32,000 bases of DNA, taken from NCBI RefSeq assembly GCF_000015805.1, contig NC_009073.1, forward strand, positions 1,440,001 to 1,472,000, in the 5' to 3' direction. Both the position numbers and the translations under genes were made by a program. Shown here one piece after another: positions 7,206 through 14,704 of this stretch (positions are counted from its first letter, which is position 1; the number at the start of each line of letters is the position of its first letter). Source of the DNA: Pyrobaculum calidifontis JCM 11548. GTDB taxonomy: Archaea > Thermoproteota > Thermoprotei > Thermoproteales > Thermoproteaceae. The notes under the pieces are model-generated. The model did not search any database. It was not told the DNA's origin and saw nothing but the letters and a program-made list of their open reading frames with translations.

Positions 7206-7667
7206 ATGCAGGAGAGAAAACTTGGGATTGTTGTCCAAAGCGGCGCGGCTAATAGGATCTGCTGTGTTGTTGTATATAGTGCCGCGGCGTTGGCCTCCGG
7301 GTATAAGGTGGTACTCCACTTGGTGAACGAGGGGTTAGTAGCGTTTAGAAAAGACACGGCATACAAAATATGGGCAGAAACTAAGCCGGACGTTTGGTCA
7401 ATATATCCGCAAGGATACTTACCCCATGTAGAAACCTTTCTCAAAAATCTACAAAACATGATAAAGAGCGGTCAGTTTAAAGACTGGCCCACATTTCTTA
7501 GCGAACTTAAGGAGCAGTACAAGGACAAGTTCAAGATATACGCATGCCCCATAGCGGCTGCTGCGTATGGAATAAGGAAGGAGGACCTCCTCGATATAGT
7601 CGACGAAATAGCGGGAGCTGAAACATTTCTAGAAGAGGTTTACGGAGGTACGGTAATGGTCTTCTAA
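7206..7667 (+). CDS. DsrE/DsrF-like sulfur-relay family protein
   Basis: Rossmann-like start KLGIVVQSGAANR, and a conserved Cys in KIYACPIAAAAYGI followed by DEIAGAETFL. This layout is typical of the DsrE/DrsE_2 family. Confidence 0.6.
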   Translation: MQERKLGIVVQSGAANRICCVVVYSAAALASGYKVVLHLVNEGLVAFRKDTAYKIWAETKPDVWSIYPQGYLPHVETFLKNLQNMIKSGQFKDWPTFLSELKEQYKDKFKIYACPIAAAAYGIRKEDLLDIVDEIAGAETFLEEVYGGTVMVF

Positions 7668-7679
7668 ACCTATCCTCCC

Positions 7680-7684
7680 TTTTT
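7680..7684 (+). terminator. Oligo-T tract 13 nt after the DsrE-like stop codon
   Basis: The sequence reads ccctccctTTTTTcgg. Archaeal RNA polymerase terminates at oligo-T runs. Confidence 0.35.
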
Positions 7685-7930
7685 CGGCGCAAAATCGGAA
7701 CCCGCTTTACAACAACCAGCCCCTTAGGGCAAGGGCCCAGAAGAGGGGCGTCATGCGCCAAAACCCACATGTTCCCAGTCAGCCGCTCCGACCGTCAAGC
7801 GGTAGGTGGAACTAAGCCGCCGAGGCCGGCCTTGAGGCAGAGCCCAAGTTTGGGCGTTTTAAGTGGTCGGTCTTGGCAGGCCTAACTACGCCAGCGAAAA
7901 ACGATACGTGATCCATTTTTACCTTATGGT

Positions 7931-8146
7931 TTATACTACGCCTCTGCGGAGTGTGCCGCCGCTTCGGGCTGCGTCTTGGTTGCGCGTCCACTTGGTTAAA
8001 AAGGCCTTGTAGCACTCTCGGCTACAGAAGACCCAGGGCTTGTTCACGCAACAGGTCTTCACCACTATGGGGCTCCCCGTTATTATCTTGCCGCAGTTGG
8101 TGCAACGAAGCTCCGTGGTTTTTACGACCTTAAGCTCGAACGGCAT
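7931..8146 (-). CDS. Small TRASH-type zinc-finger/metal-binding protein
   Basis: C-x2-C-x22-C-x3-C (CTNCGK...VFCSRECY) matches the TRASH motif spacing. The ATG at 8146 overlaps the last 17 nt of thi4. Confidence 0.5.
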   Translation of the reverse strand: MPFELKVVKTTELRCTNCGKIITGSPIVVKTCCVNKPWVFCSRECYKAFLTKWTRNQDAARSGGTLRRGVV

Positions 8147-8924
8147 AGGCCACCTCTGCCAAGTCCTTGGCCACCACCTCGGCCACCTTTCTCCCCGACA
8201 TGAGCATTCCGCCGAATATGGGCCCCATGCGCGGAAGCCCGTACACTGCGCAGACCGCTATGCCGGCGACGTAGAGCCCCGGCGCCACTCTCCCCGTGTG
8301 CTCTACCACGAGCTTCTCAGACACCTCCGACCACGCCGACTTCTCCCCCTGAAGCTGCAGGCCGAGCTCGGGCACCTTCCGAGCCGCCACTGAGACCACC
8401 TCTGCGTCGTGGCCAGTGGCGTCGATGACGGCCTTGGCCTGGGTGTAGAGCGGGTCCACGTGCATGCCCGACATCTGGATAGGCGTCCAAATCCACAGAA
8501 GCCCAGCCACCCTGGGAGGGTCGCCGCGGAAAATCACGTCGTCTACGTGGACCCCCAAGAGGATCTTCGCCCCCGCGTCTATGGCCCCCGCCGCCAGCTT
8601 GGCGATGAGCTCCGCGGGGTCCACCGTGTAGAGGCCGTCGCCGGCCGGCTTAAACCTCACCTTGAAGTCCTTGAGGATGGGCAAGGCCTCCTCCTGCACC
8701 ACTATCTTGGGAATCATGTTACCACCAGGCCCAATTCCCCCGCCGAAGGAGAAGCGCCGCTCGAAGACCAACACCTTGAACCCCCGCTCTGCCAAGTACC
8801 TCGCCGCAGTCAGCCCCGCCGGGCCAGCCCCGACTATGGCCACGTCCACGTCGCTGTACTCGTAGAGGTCCTCAAGCCCGTGCTTAATAATCGCCCTGCC
8901 GATCTTCAACTCCATGGTCCCCAC
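8130..8924 (-). CDS. thi4: Thiamine thiazole synthase Thi4 (His-type, non-suicide archaeal form)
   Basis: FAD/NAD fold motif [15 protein letters not shown], plus [28 protein letters not shown] and [10 protein letters not shown]. His occupies the position of the yeast sulfur-donor Cys. Confidence 0.9.
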   Translation of the reverse strand: MGTMELKIGRAIIKHGLEDLYEYSDVDVAIVGAGPAGLTAARYLAERGFKVLVFERRFSFGGGIGPGGNMIPKIVVQEEALPILKDFKVRFKPAGDGLYTVDPAELIAKLAAGAIDAGAKILLGVHVDDVIFRGDPPRVAGLLWIWTPIQMSGMHVDPLYTQAKAVIDATGHDAEVVSVAARKVPELGLQLQGEKSAWSEVSEKLVVEHTGRVAPGLYVAGIAVCAVYGLPRMGPIFGGMLMSGRKVAEVVAKDLAEVAYAVRA

Positions 8925-8962
8925 TCAACTTCCATTTATAAGTGTTAGCGTCCCAATAAGTT

Positions 8963-8981
8963 GGTTATCAGCGTGATAACC
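8963..8981. promoter_or_regulatory. Perfect 8-bp inverted repeat GGTTATCA-gcg-TGATAACC upstream of thi4
   Basis: Read directly from the sequence. It is centred about 48 nt upstream of the thi4 start (8924), just beyond the thi4 A/T box (cacttataaatgg on minus, 8933-8945). Confidence 0.45.
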
Positions 8982-9047
8982 GCCTCGTCACCGCTCCCCC
9001 TCCCCAAGACGTCATCACAAATAAACCCCACCCCCCGGGTTATATGT

Positions 9048-9096
9048 GTGATGAGCCTCACGGTAGGCGATGGATGTGCGAAACGCCCTTCACTGA
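9048..9096 (+). ncRNA. Weak C/D-box sRNA candidate
   Basis: C box GTGATGA (9048-9054), a 12-nt spacer, GCGA as a possible D', and D box CTGA (9093-9096). Total length is 49 nt, the canonical size. aaataaa lies about 26 nt upstream. The C' box is poor and there is no terminal stem. The candidate is antisense to the last codons of the GNAT gene. Confidence 0.3.
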
Positions 9097-9653
9097 CTCC
9101 ACACACCGAGATACGGCTTTAGACACGTCTCTTTCCAAAGCTCGCCCGCCTCCCCAAGCTCTTTCCCCACGTCGGCGGGGCTGGCCCCCTTTATTAAGAG
9201 GATGTCGTCGTCGTATCCACACGTGGCCTTGAGCAAATTCTCGCGAATTCGCCGAGGCAGATCGCCCCAGCGGTATACGGAGTAACCTAGCCTCGTAAAG
9301 AGCCCCACAGCGGCCGCGTTGTCCTCCGTAGTTGTGGCCATGTAGACGGCGCCGCGGCACTTCTCCTCCACGTAGCGGACCAGCGCCGTGGCCACGCCCC
9401 TCCGCCTAAACTTAGGCTCCACCACCACGTAGTAGTGGACGCAGGCGTCCCGGGCCAGCGTCACGGCGTAGTATACCTCTGCACCCGCCGCCTCGCCCCC
9501 CACGTACGCCACGGCCGCCCAGGCCCTCGGCCACCGCCTCAGCACTGCCTTTGCGTACTTCGTAGGCCCCTCGTACAGCCTGCCCACCAGCTCCAAGGCC
9601 TTTTCCAAGTCCTCAGCGATATGCACTGTCAATCCTCTGAAAGTCCTCGTCAC
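9090..9653 (-). CDS. GNAT-family N-acetyltransferase
   Basis: Acetyl-CoA-binding motif A (VVEPKFRRRGVATALV) followed by AVGLFTRLGY. Confidence 0.75.
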   Translation of the reverse strand: MTRTFRGLTVHIAEDLEKALELVGRLYEGPTKYAKAVLRRWPRAWAAVAYVGGEAAGAEVYYAVTLARDACVHYYVVVEPKFRRRGVATALVRYVEEKCRGAVYMATTTEDNAAAVGLFTRLGYSVYRWGDLPRRIRENLLKATCGYDDDILLIKGASPADVGKELGEAGELWKETCLKPYLGVWSQ

Positions 9654-10434
9654 TCAGCTTCACGTGGAAGGCGCCTACAATTTCATCTATGTGGCTCTTC
9701 TTCTCTGCCTTCGGGATAGGCACTACGCCCCTCTTAATGTACCAGGCCAACGCCACTTGGACAGCCGTGGCCCCGTACCTCTTCCCCACCTCGGCGAGGA
9801 GGGGGCTCTTCGCCAAGGCGCCCTTTTCGAGGGGGGTGTAGGCCAGGTAGAGGATGCCGTTGGAGAGGGCGTAAGGCAACACGTCTGCCTCGTCTCGCCT
9901 GTTGAGGAGGGAGTAGTGGTTCTCCACGGCGGCGAGCTCGTACTTCTTTGCACACGCCTCGGCCTCCCTCAGCTGGTCGAGGGAGAAGTTGCTCACACCG
10001 AAGTGCCTAATGACCCCCTTGTCCACCAGCGCCTCAAACGCCCTGACGGTCTCGCATATTGGCACAGAGTCGGAGGGCCAGTGGAGGAGGTAGAGGTCGA
10101 TGTATGTGCCCAGCCTCCTCGCGCTTGCCTCAGCCGACTTTAAAACGTCGTCGTATCTCGCGTGGTTAGGCCACACCTTAGTCACAATGAAAACCTCGTC
10201 CCGGGGAAAGCCCCTAACCGCCAGACCCACAAGCTCCTCCGCGTGGCCCCCGCCGTACATCTCCGCGGTGTCCACAAGCCTAATCCCCTTCTCAAGCGCA
10301 TACCTAATGGCCTCAACCCACTCGCCGTCGCGGCTGGTGTCCGCAGTCCAGAACCCGCCCCCCATGCCCCAAGTCCCAAGCCCAATAGCCGACACACAGC
10401 CAACCCTCTTGAAGCACGCCTTCACACACGACAA
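9613..10434 (-). CDS. Aldo/keto reductase
   Basis: IGLGTWGMG, LVDTAEMYGGGHAEE, FIVTKVW, DLYLLHWP, IRHFGVSNF and IPKA..K.HI are AKR signature blocks. TTG start, with the palindromic A/T box cttataag about 25 nt upstream. Confidence 0.85.
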   Translation of the reverse strand: MSCVKACFKRVGCVSAIGLGTWGMGGGFWTADTSRDGEWVEAIRYALEKGIRLVDTAEMYGGGHAEELVGLAVRGFPRDEVFIVTKVWPNHARYDDVLKSAEASARRLGTYIDLYLLHWPSDSVPICETVRAFEALVDKGVIRHFGVSNFSLDQLREAEACAKKYELAAVENHYSLLNRRDEADVLPYALSNGILYLAYTPLEKGALAKSPLLAEVGKRYGATAVQVALAWYIKRGVVPIPKAEKKSHIDEIVGAFHVKLSDEDFQRIDSAYR

Positions 10435-10850
10435 CGCGGCTCAAGTATTAAAGTCTTATAAGAGGCCACATGCGGCGTTAGTTCACGCGTATTACAACCC
10501 CTATGTCTCTGTGTACCGCTCTTTACTCCGTAAATGAAATATTTTCTCCCCTCTATGAGGATTCCCTCTGGCCAGATCTACTTTACTCCATCTGCTGTCG
10601 CTTTTAAATTTCCACATTTGCCACAAGACTCTCCGTGATAGTGTCATGGGAGCTAGCCCTCTTTATCCTAAGCCTTTCCAAGGTCGATAACCCGACTCTA
10701 AATTCCAGAGCCTTAGAAATGGACAATGTGTCTATGGTACTCCTTTGTCCTCTCTAGCCACTCGTATACTCAGTCATAGTCGTCTGATAGTATTACTTTC
10801 TTAAGCATTTTCGGGCATGAACAAACAAGAGTCTTAAGCGCATCCTGGCA

Positions 10851-10857
10851 TATAAAG
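10851..10857 (+). promoter_or_regulatory. TATA box for the Ni/Co transporter operon
   Basis: tataaag lies 31-37 nt upstream of the GTG start at 10888. It is flanked by the inverted hexamers AGTCTT (10830-10835) and AAGACT (10855-10860). Confidence 0.45.
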
Positions 10858-10887
10858 ACTTAATAAGGTAATACTTCATCACTATTT

Positions 10888-11496
10888 GTGCATATCCCCG
10901 ACGGGTGGCTTGACCCATATTTGGCTGGTGCCACGTGGCTTATTGCGGCGGCCTATCTCGTTTTTATGGTTAGGAAGATTCCTAGGGAGAGGTGGCAGGT
11001 AATTGCGCCTGTTGCTGGGGCCATATTTGTGGCTCAGATGTTGAACTGGCCTATTCCAGGGGGCACCTCTCTGCACTTCGTGGGCGGGGCATTCGCCGCT
11101 ATTTATCTTGGGAACGCGTGGGAGGGCTCCGCCGTCATTTCCCTCGTCTTGGCTGTGCAGACTTTGTTGTTCCACGACGGCGGAATTACCGCTTACGGCG
11201 CCAATTTCATAAACATGGGAATAGTGGCGCCGTGGGTCGGCCTCCTTATATACAGGGCGTTGCAAAATAGGCCTCGCATAGCAAGTTTTTTTGCGGGATG
11301 GATGAGCTTGTTTTTGGCGGGGTGTGCCGCGGGCATTGAAATCGGCGTAATGCCGACAGTGGGATACCCGCTGTCTGTCACTCTGCCGGCCATGGCCGTG
11401 CCGCACTTCCTCCTCGGCATTGTCGAAGGCGTTTTAACGTCAGCTGTTTTGACGACCATGGAAAGATTACACGTGTACGCATTTCCCAGGCTATGA
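10888..11496 (+). CDS. cbiM: ECF transporter substrate-capture subunit CbiM/NikM (Ni2+ or Co2+)
   Basis: GTG start gives the N-terminus MHIPDG, the metal-ligating Met1-His2 N-terminus of CbiM/NikM. The protein also shows AQMLNWPIPGGTSLHFVGG and LLFHDGGITAYGANF. The nickel assignment is suggested by context only (nikR and hyp/hyn genes). Confidence 0.85.
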   Translation: MHIPDGWLDPYLAGATWLIAAAYLVFMVRKIPRERWQVIAPVAGAIFVAQMLNWPIPGGTSLHFVGGAFAAIYLGNAWEGSAVISLVLAVQTLLFHDGGITAYGANFINMGIVAPWVGLLIYRALQNRPRIASFFAGWMSLFLAGCAAGIEIGVMPTVGYPLSVTLPAMAVPHFLLGIVEGVLTSAVLTTMERLHVYAFPRL

Positions 11497-11777
11497 TAGG
11501 CAAGAGGTATCTAATAATTATTACAATCCTCTTGTTAATCTCACCGATTTTTGGTGTGTGGCTTTCCGACCTCGTGGGCTACGCAGAGCCTCTAGACCAC
11601 GTCGCAGAGACGTTGCAATTGAACGAGAGCGAGTTTAACTGGACGCCGTTTAAAGACTACACAGTGCCTGGGCTACCCGATGAGGTTGGCTATATTGTGG
11701 CAGGCGTCATTGGGTTTACGATCTTCCTACTCCTGACATATACATTTGCACATGTCGGCGGTCGAAAGAGCTCTTGA
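11493..11777 (+). CDS. PDGLE-domain small membrane subunit (CbiN/NikN-type partner of CbiM)
   Basis: ATGA overlap with cbiM. Two TM helices flank an extracytoplasmic loop, and the PGLPDEVGY motif resembles PDGLE. Confidence 0.55.
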   Translation: MIGKRYLIIITILLLISPIFGVWLSDLVGYAEPLDHVAETLQLNESEFNWTPFKDYTVPGLPDEVGYIVAGVIGFTIFLLLTYTFAHVGGRKSS

Positions 11778-12405
11778 GAGAATTCAAAAGTTCGTCTTTT
11801 TAATCTCTAGGGAAGGCTGGAGCCCCGCCTCTTTCTCGTCCACAGCTCTAACCTTTTTAGCCACAGCGCTCTACGCGTTTAAGGCCGACTTCCTCTCTAT
11901 GGCTACGGCGCTTTTAGTGGCTTTCGCCGTTGGATTTAGGCGATGGAGTTCCGTAGCGTCGACTGTGGCGTTTGTATTTATATTCACGGCGTGGGTCTAC
12001 GCCTTTGGCTACGTGGTATCTGGCCGCACGGCGCCGTGGGAGACCTTTTACAGAGCGCTGGCCTCTGCCGCAGTGTTAAGCGGCTACATGGCGGCGAGGG
12101 GGTTCACTCCCGTGGCCCTTTCCCTTAGTTGCATTGGCCTTGGGCCCACGCTATTTACAATTCTCAAGACTGTGTTAATGTCCCCTACGGCTCTTAGGGA
12201 GGGGTTCCTAGCGGCTAAGGCACTGAGGGGGAAGGAGGATTTAACTATAGCCTCTTATGCATACGTCCTATTTCTAAAGAGGCTGGAGAGGAAATATTTA
12301 GACATCTCCATGGTTGCGCATCTCATTAATTACCCCTGTAGAAAGAAGCCGGACATGTACATACTTTACCCTGCCCTGCTAATTGCGATATGGCTGTTGT
12401 TTTGA
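11746..12405 (+). CDS. cbiQ: ECF transporter T component (CbiQ-like)
   Basis: Polytopic hydrophobic protein in the expected position between the M/N and O subunits. It has an Ala-Arg-Gly (MAARG) type coupling motif. TTG start at 11746, with an alternative ATG at 11752. Confidence 0.5.
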   Translation: MHMSAVERALERIQKFVFLISREGWSPASFSSTALTFLATALYAFKADFLSMATALLVAFAVGFRRWSSVASTVAFVFIFTAWVYAFGYVVSGRTAPWETFYRALASAAVLSGYMAARGFTPVALSLSCIGLGPTLFTILKTVLMSPTALREGFLAAKALRGKEDLTIASYAYVLFLKRLERKYLDISMVAHLINYPCRKKPDMYILYPALLIAIWLLF

Positions 12406-13001
12406 GAGATGTATGGGTTAAGCTTGGAGGTAGAGAGGTTATAAGAGGCGCAACTGCCGAGTTTAATGGACAGAACCAACTCGTGGGGCCAAACGGCTCT
12501 GGCAAAACTGTTTTGTTATACACAATCGCCGGTTTAGTAAAGCCTTTTAGGGGCGAGGTTAAAGTATCGGGCACTGCGTCTATAATGTTTCAAGATCCAG
12601 ACCTCCACTTTTTCGCAGGCACTGTGCTAGAAAACGCGCTTGTGTGGAGTGGGGGGAGGTCCACTGAGGCTGAGGTGGCCAAGTTGGCAAACGACATAGG
12701 AATTGGCGACGTCTTACACAGATCGCCCTTTGAGCTAAACTGGGGGCATAGGAAGCTTGCGGCGTTTCTCTGCGCCCTTGCAAAAAAGCCAGACGTCTTA
12801 TTGCTTGATGAGCCTCTGGAGGGGCTCTCGCCGAGGTTTCACATACGTGTTTTAACCGTAGCGGCCGAACACTCAAAAACTGTGATTATCGCAACACATA
12901 TGGTCGTCGGCAGGTGGAAGCTCTACTTCGTAGAAGATGGACGACTATACGTCGGCGAAGAGGCCAAGGCCAAGGCGGTGGAACACGGCTATTTGCAATG
13001 A
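12390..13001 (+). CDS. cbiO: ECF transporter ATPase (CbiO-like), short form with atypical signature motif
   Basis: Walker A GPNGSGKT, Q-loop MFQDP, Walker B LLLDEP and H-loop ATHM are present. The LSGGQ signature is replaced by LNWGH. Confidence 0.75.
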   Translation: MAVVLRDVWVKLGGREVIRGATAEFNGQNQLVGPNGSGKTVLLYTIAGLVKPFRGEVKVSGTASIMFQDPDLHFFAGTVLENALVWSGGRSTEAEVAKLANDIGIGDVLHRSPFELNWGHRKLAAFLCALAKKPDVLLLDEPLEGLSPRFHIRVLTVAAEHSKTVIIATHMVVGRWKLYFVEDGRLYVGEEAKAKAVEHGYLQ

Positions 13002-14704
13002 TTGTTCCACCTTCAATGAAGTATAAGGCCGTCTCGACGGCGGAGTACTTGGCCTTTTGGAAGACTACCACTGGGGATTTGTCCTCGCTAGTCCGCTTCT
13101 GGGAAAGCTGGGCCGAGAAGCTTAAGTGGCACGAAAAGTGGAGAAGCCCATTTGACGGACGGAGGTGGTTCGCCGGGGGGAAGCTCAATGCCTCTGTAAA
13201 CGTCTTGGACAAGCACAGGGGCACCTTTGTGTGGGAGAAGGCCGGCCTAATTTTTGAGACAGAGGAGGGGGACGTCCATGTCTACACTTACTCACAGCTC
13301 CACATGCTCACTGAGAAAGTCGCAGCGAAGTTGAGGGCGCTGAGGGTGGGGCCAGGGGACTATGTGTTAATTTACGCGCCGCCGCTTCCAGAGACCTTGG
13401 CCGTCGCCTGGGCCGCCGCCAGGGTGGGCGCCCCCTTCGAGTGGGTGTTCACTGGGTGGGGCTTCTGGTTCCTCTCGCTTCGGATAAGAGCAGTGAGGCC
13501 CAAGGTGATTATTACGACGGACGCCTTTCCCAGGAGGGGGAGGCCGGTGGCCGTCAAGGCGAATGTGGACAAGGCGGTTGAGGCCTCGGGCATAGAGACT
13601 AAAGTGGCGCTGATACCGAGGATGGGCATTGACGTGGAGAAGAAGCCGTGGGACGTACACTTTTTCGACGTGTCTGACACAGGGGAGGGCGGCCCTGTTT
13701 TCGTAGAGGCCGACCATCCGCTTTTCGCGTTGCCTGCCACAGAGGCAGAGGGGTCGGAGGGCACCGTGGTGCACGAGACTGGGGGGTATCTCACGCAGAC
13801 CTACGCCACGACTCTGTGGATTGGCCTTAGGCCACGGGACACGTACTTCTGCACAGTGTTGCCGGGGTGGATAACGGGGATTACCTACGTCCTCTTTGGC
13901 CCATTCATGGTGGGATCCACCGTGGTCGTATACGAGGGAGGCCCCGACTACCCGCACTGGGATAGGTGGTGGTCTATCCTTGAACGTTACGCTGTCACGG
14001 TGTTTCTAACTACGCCTGGCGCGTTGCGTCTGCTCTCTAGGTCGAGTAAGGTGGAGGAGTACAACTTGGACATGCTACGCTTGGTCTTGACAACTGCCGA
14101 GCCCATGGAGGAAGAGCTCTGGTGGTGGACGTATAAAAATGCCACAGGCCAGTCCTTTGTCTACGACTATGACCCCAAGAGCGGGGGCGGGAGAGTGCCC
14201 GTGATCCACTTCTACATCACCAGAGAGGTGGGGACCTTCCTCGCAGGGAATTTGCCCAACTTGGCCTTTGCTCCAATAAAGCCGGGCACAAGCGGACTCC
14301 CCTTCCCAGGCTTTGCGATAGACTCCTTGGACAACGGCGCATCTGTGAGAAATAAGCCGGGGCGCCTTGTGCTCAAGATGCCTTGGCCAGGGATGCCGCT
14401 TGAGTCACATAGGTGGGTCGGCGGAGTCTTCTACTTGGGCGACATCGGCATAATAGACGACGACATGTACATACGCGTTTTGGGCAGAGACGACGAAGTC
14501 TTGAAGGTGAATGGGTACAGGATTTCGCCAGGCGACATAAGGAAGGCACTTGAGGCCGTTGGCATAAAGGCAGAGGTGTACGGGAGATCAGACCCCCTGA
14601 AGTTTCAAGTGCCTGTGGTAAAGGCTGGTAGCCCCCCTGAGGAAGTGAAGAAAGTCGTGAGGAGCTACGTGGGCCCTATCGCAGACCCCGAGGTTGTTCA
14701 ATAG
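12998..14704 (+). CDS. Acetyl-CoA synthetase-like (ANL superfamily) paralog lacking the P-loop and the C-terminal catalytic-Lys motif
   Basis: The start is taken at Met29 (ATG 12998), giving an ATGA overlap with the cbiO stop. The protein is collinear with Acs: WFAGGKLN, HETGGYL, PGWITGITYVLFGPFMVGSTVVVYEG and GRDDEVLKVNGYRISPGDI. However, YTSGSTGKPKG is replaced by PATEAEGSEGT, and the protein ends (GPIADPEVVQ*) before the PKTRSGKIMRR motif. Confidence 0.75.
   Translation: MIVPPSMKYKAVSTAEYLAFWKTTTGDLSSLVRFWESWAEKLKWHEKWRSPFDGRRWFAGGKLNASVNVLDKHRGTFVWEKAGLIFETEEGDVHVYTYSQLHMLTEKVAAKLRALRVGPGDYVLIYAPPLPETLAVAWAAARVGAPFEWVFTGWGFWFLSLRIRAVRPKVIITTDAFPRRGRPVAVKANVDKAVEASGIETKVALIPRMGIDVEKKPWDVHFFDVSDTGEGGPVFVEADHPLFALPATEAEGSEGTVVHETGGYLTQTYATTLWIGLRPRDTYFCTVLPGWITGITYVLFGPFMVGSTVVVYEGGPDYPHWDRWWSILERYAVTVFLTTPGALRLLSRSSKVEEYNLDMLRLVLTTAEPMEEELWWWTYKNATGQSFVYDYDPKSGGGRVPVIHFYITREVGTFLAGNLPNLAFAPIKPGTSGLPFPGFAIDSLDNGASVRNKPGRLVLKMPWPGMPLESHRWVGGVFYLGDIGIIDDDMYIRVLGRDDEVLKVNGYRISPGDIRKALEAVGIKAEVYGRSDPLKFQVPVVKAGSPPEEVKKVVRSYVGPIADPEVVQ

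Noticed and set aside
7668-7930. Assignment of the GC-rich spacer to RNase P RNA (minimal Pyrobaculum type) or SRP RNA
   Set aside because: I looked on both strands for the conserved RNase P CR-I/CR-V elements (GAAAGUCC-like, ACAGAA...GGCUUA). I found only a GGCUUAG fragment on the minus strand without the ACAGAA partner, and I saw no SRP motifs. The spacer is reported only as an unexplained region.
10534-10638. 34-codon ATG ORF (MKYFLPSMRIPSGQIYFTPSAVAFKFPHLPQDSP) inside the AT-rich spacer
   Set aside because: It has no promoter element at the right distance and no recognisable features, and it is too short to support from sequence alone.
10435-10887. Cobalamin riboswitch or other known leader upstream of cbiM
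   Set aside because: I could not identify a B12-box or any conserved riboswitch core. The operon TATA box is only about 31-37 nt from the start codon, implying a leaderless mRNA with no room for a riboswitch.
12914-12997. Upstream ATG (12914) for the ACS-like gene
   Set aside because: It would overlap cbiO by 88 nt and add an Arg-rich non-homologous leader. ATG 12998 gives the ATGA coupling and aligns with Acs N-termini.
13367-13957. 196-aa and 140-aa minus-strand ORFs inside the ACS-like gene
   Set aside because: They are antisense to a frame with clear ANL-superfamily collinearity. Their Arg/Pro/Gly-rich composition has no motifs, so they are shadow ORFs.
12998-14704. Calling the ACS-like gene a pseudogene
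   Set aside because: It has 568 uninterrupted codons and a precise ATGA overlap with cbiO, and many structural motifs are retained. These argue for an expressed, selected protein rather than a decaying gene.
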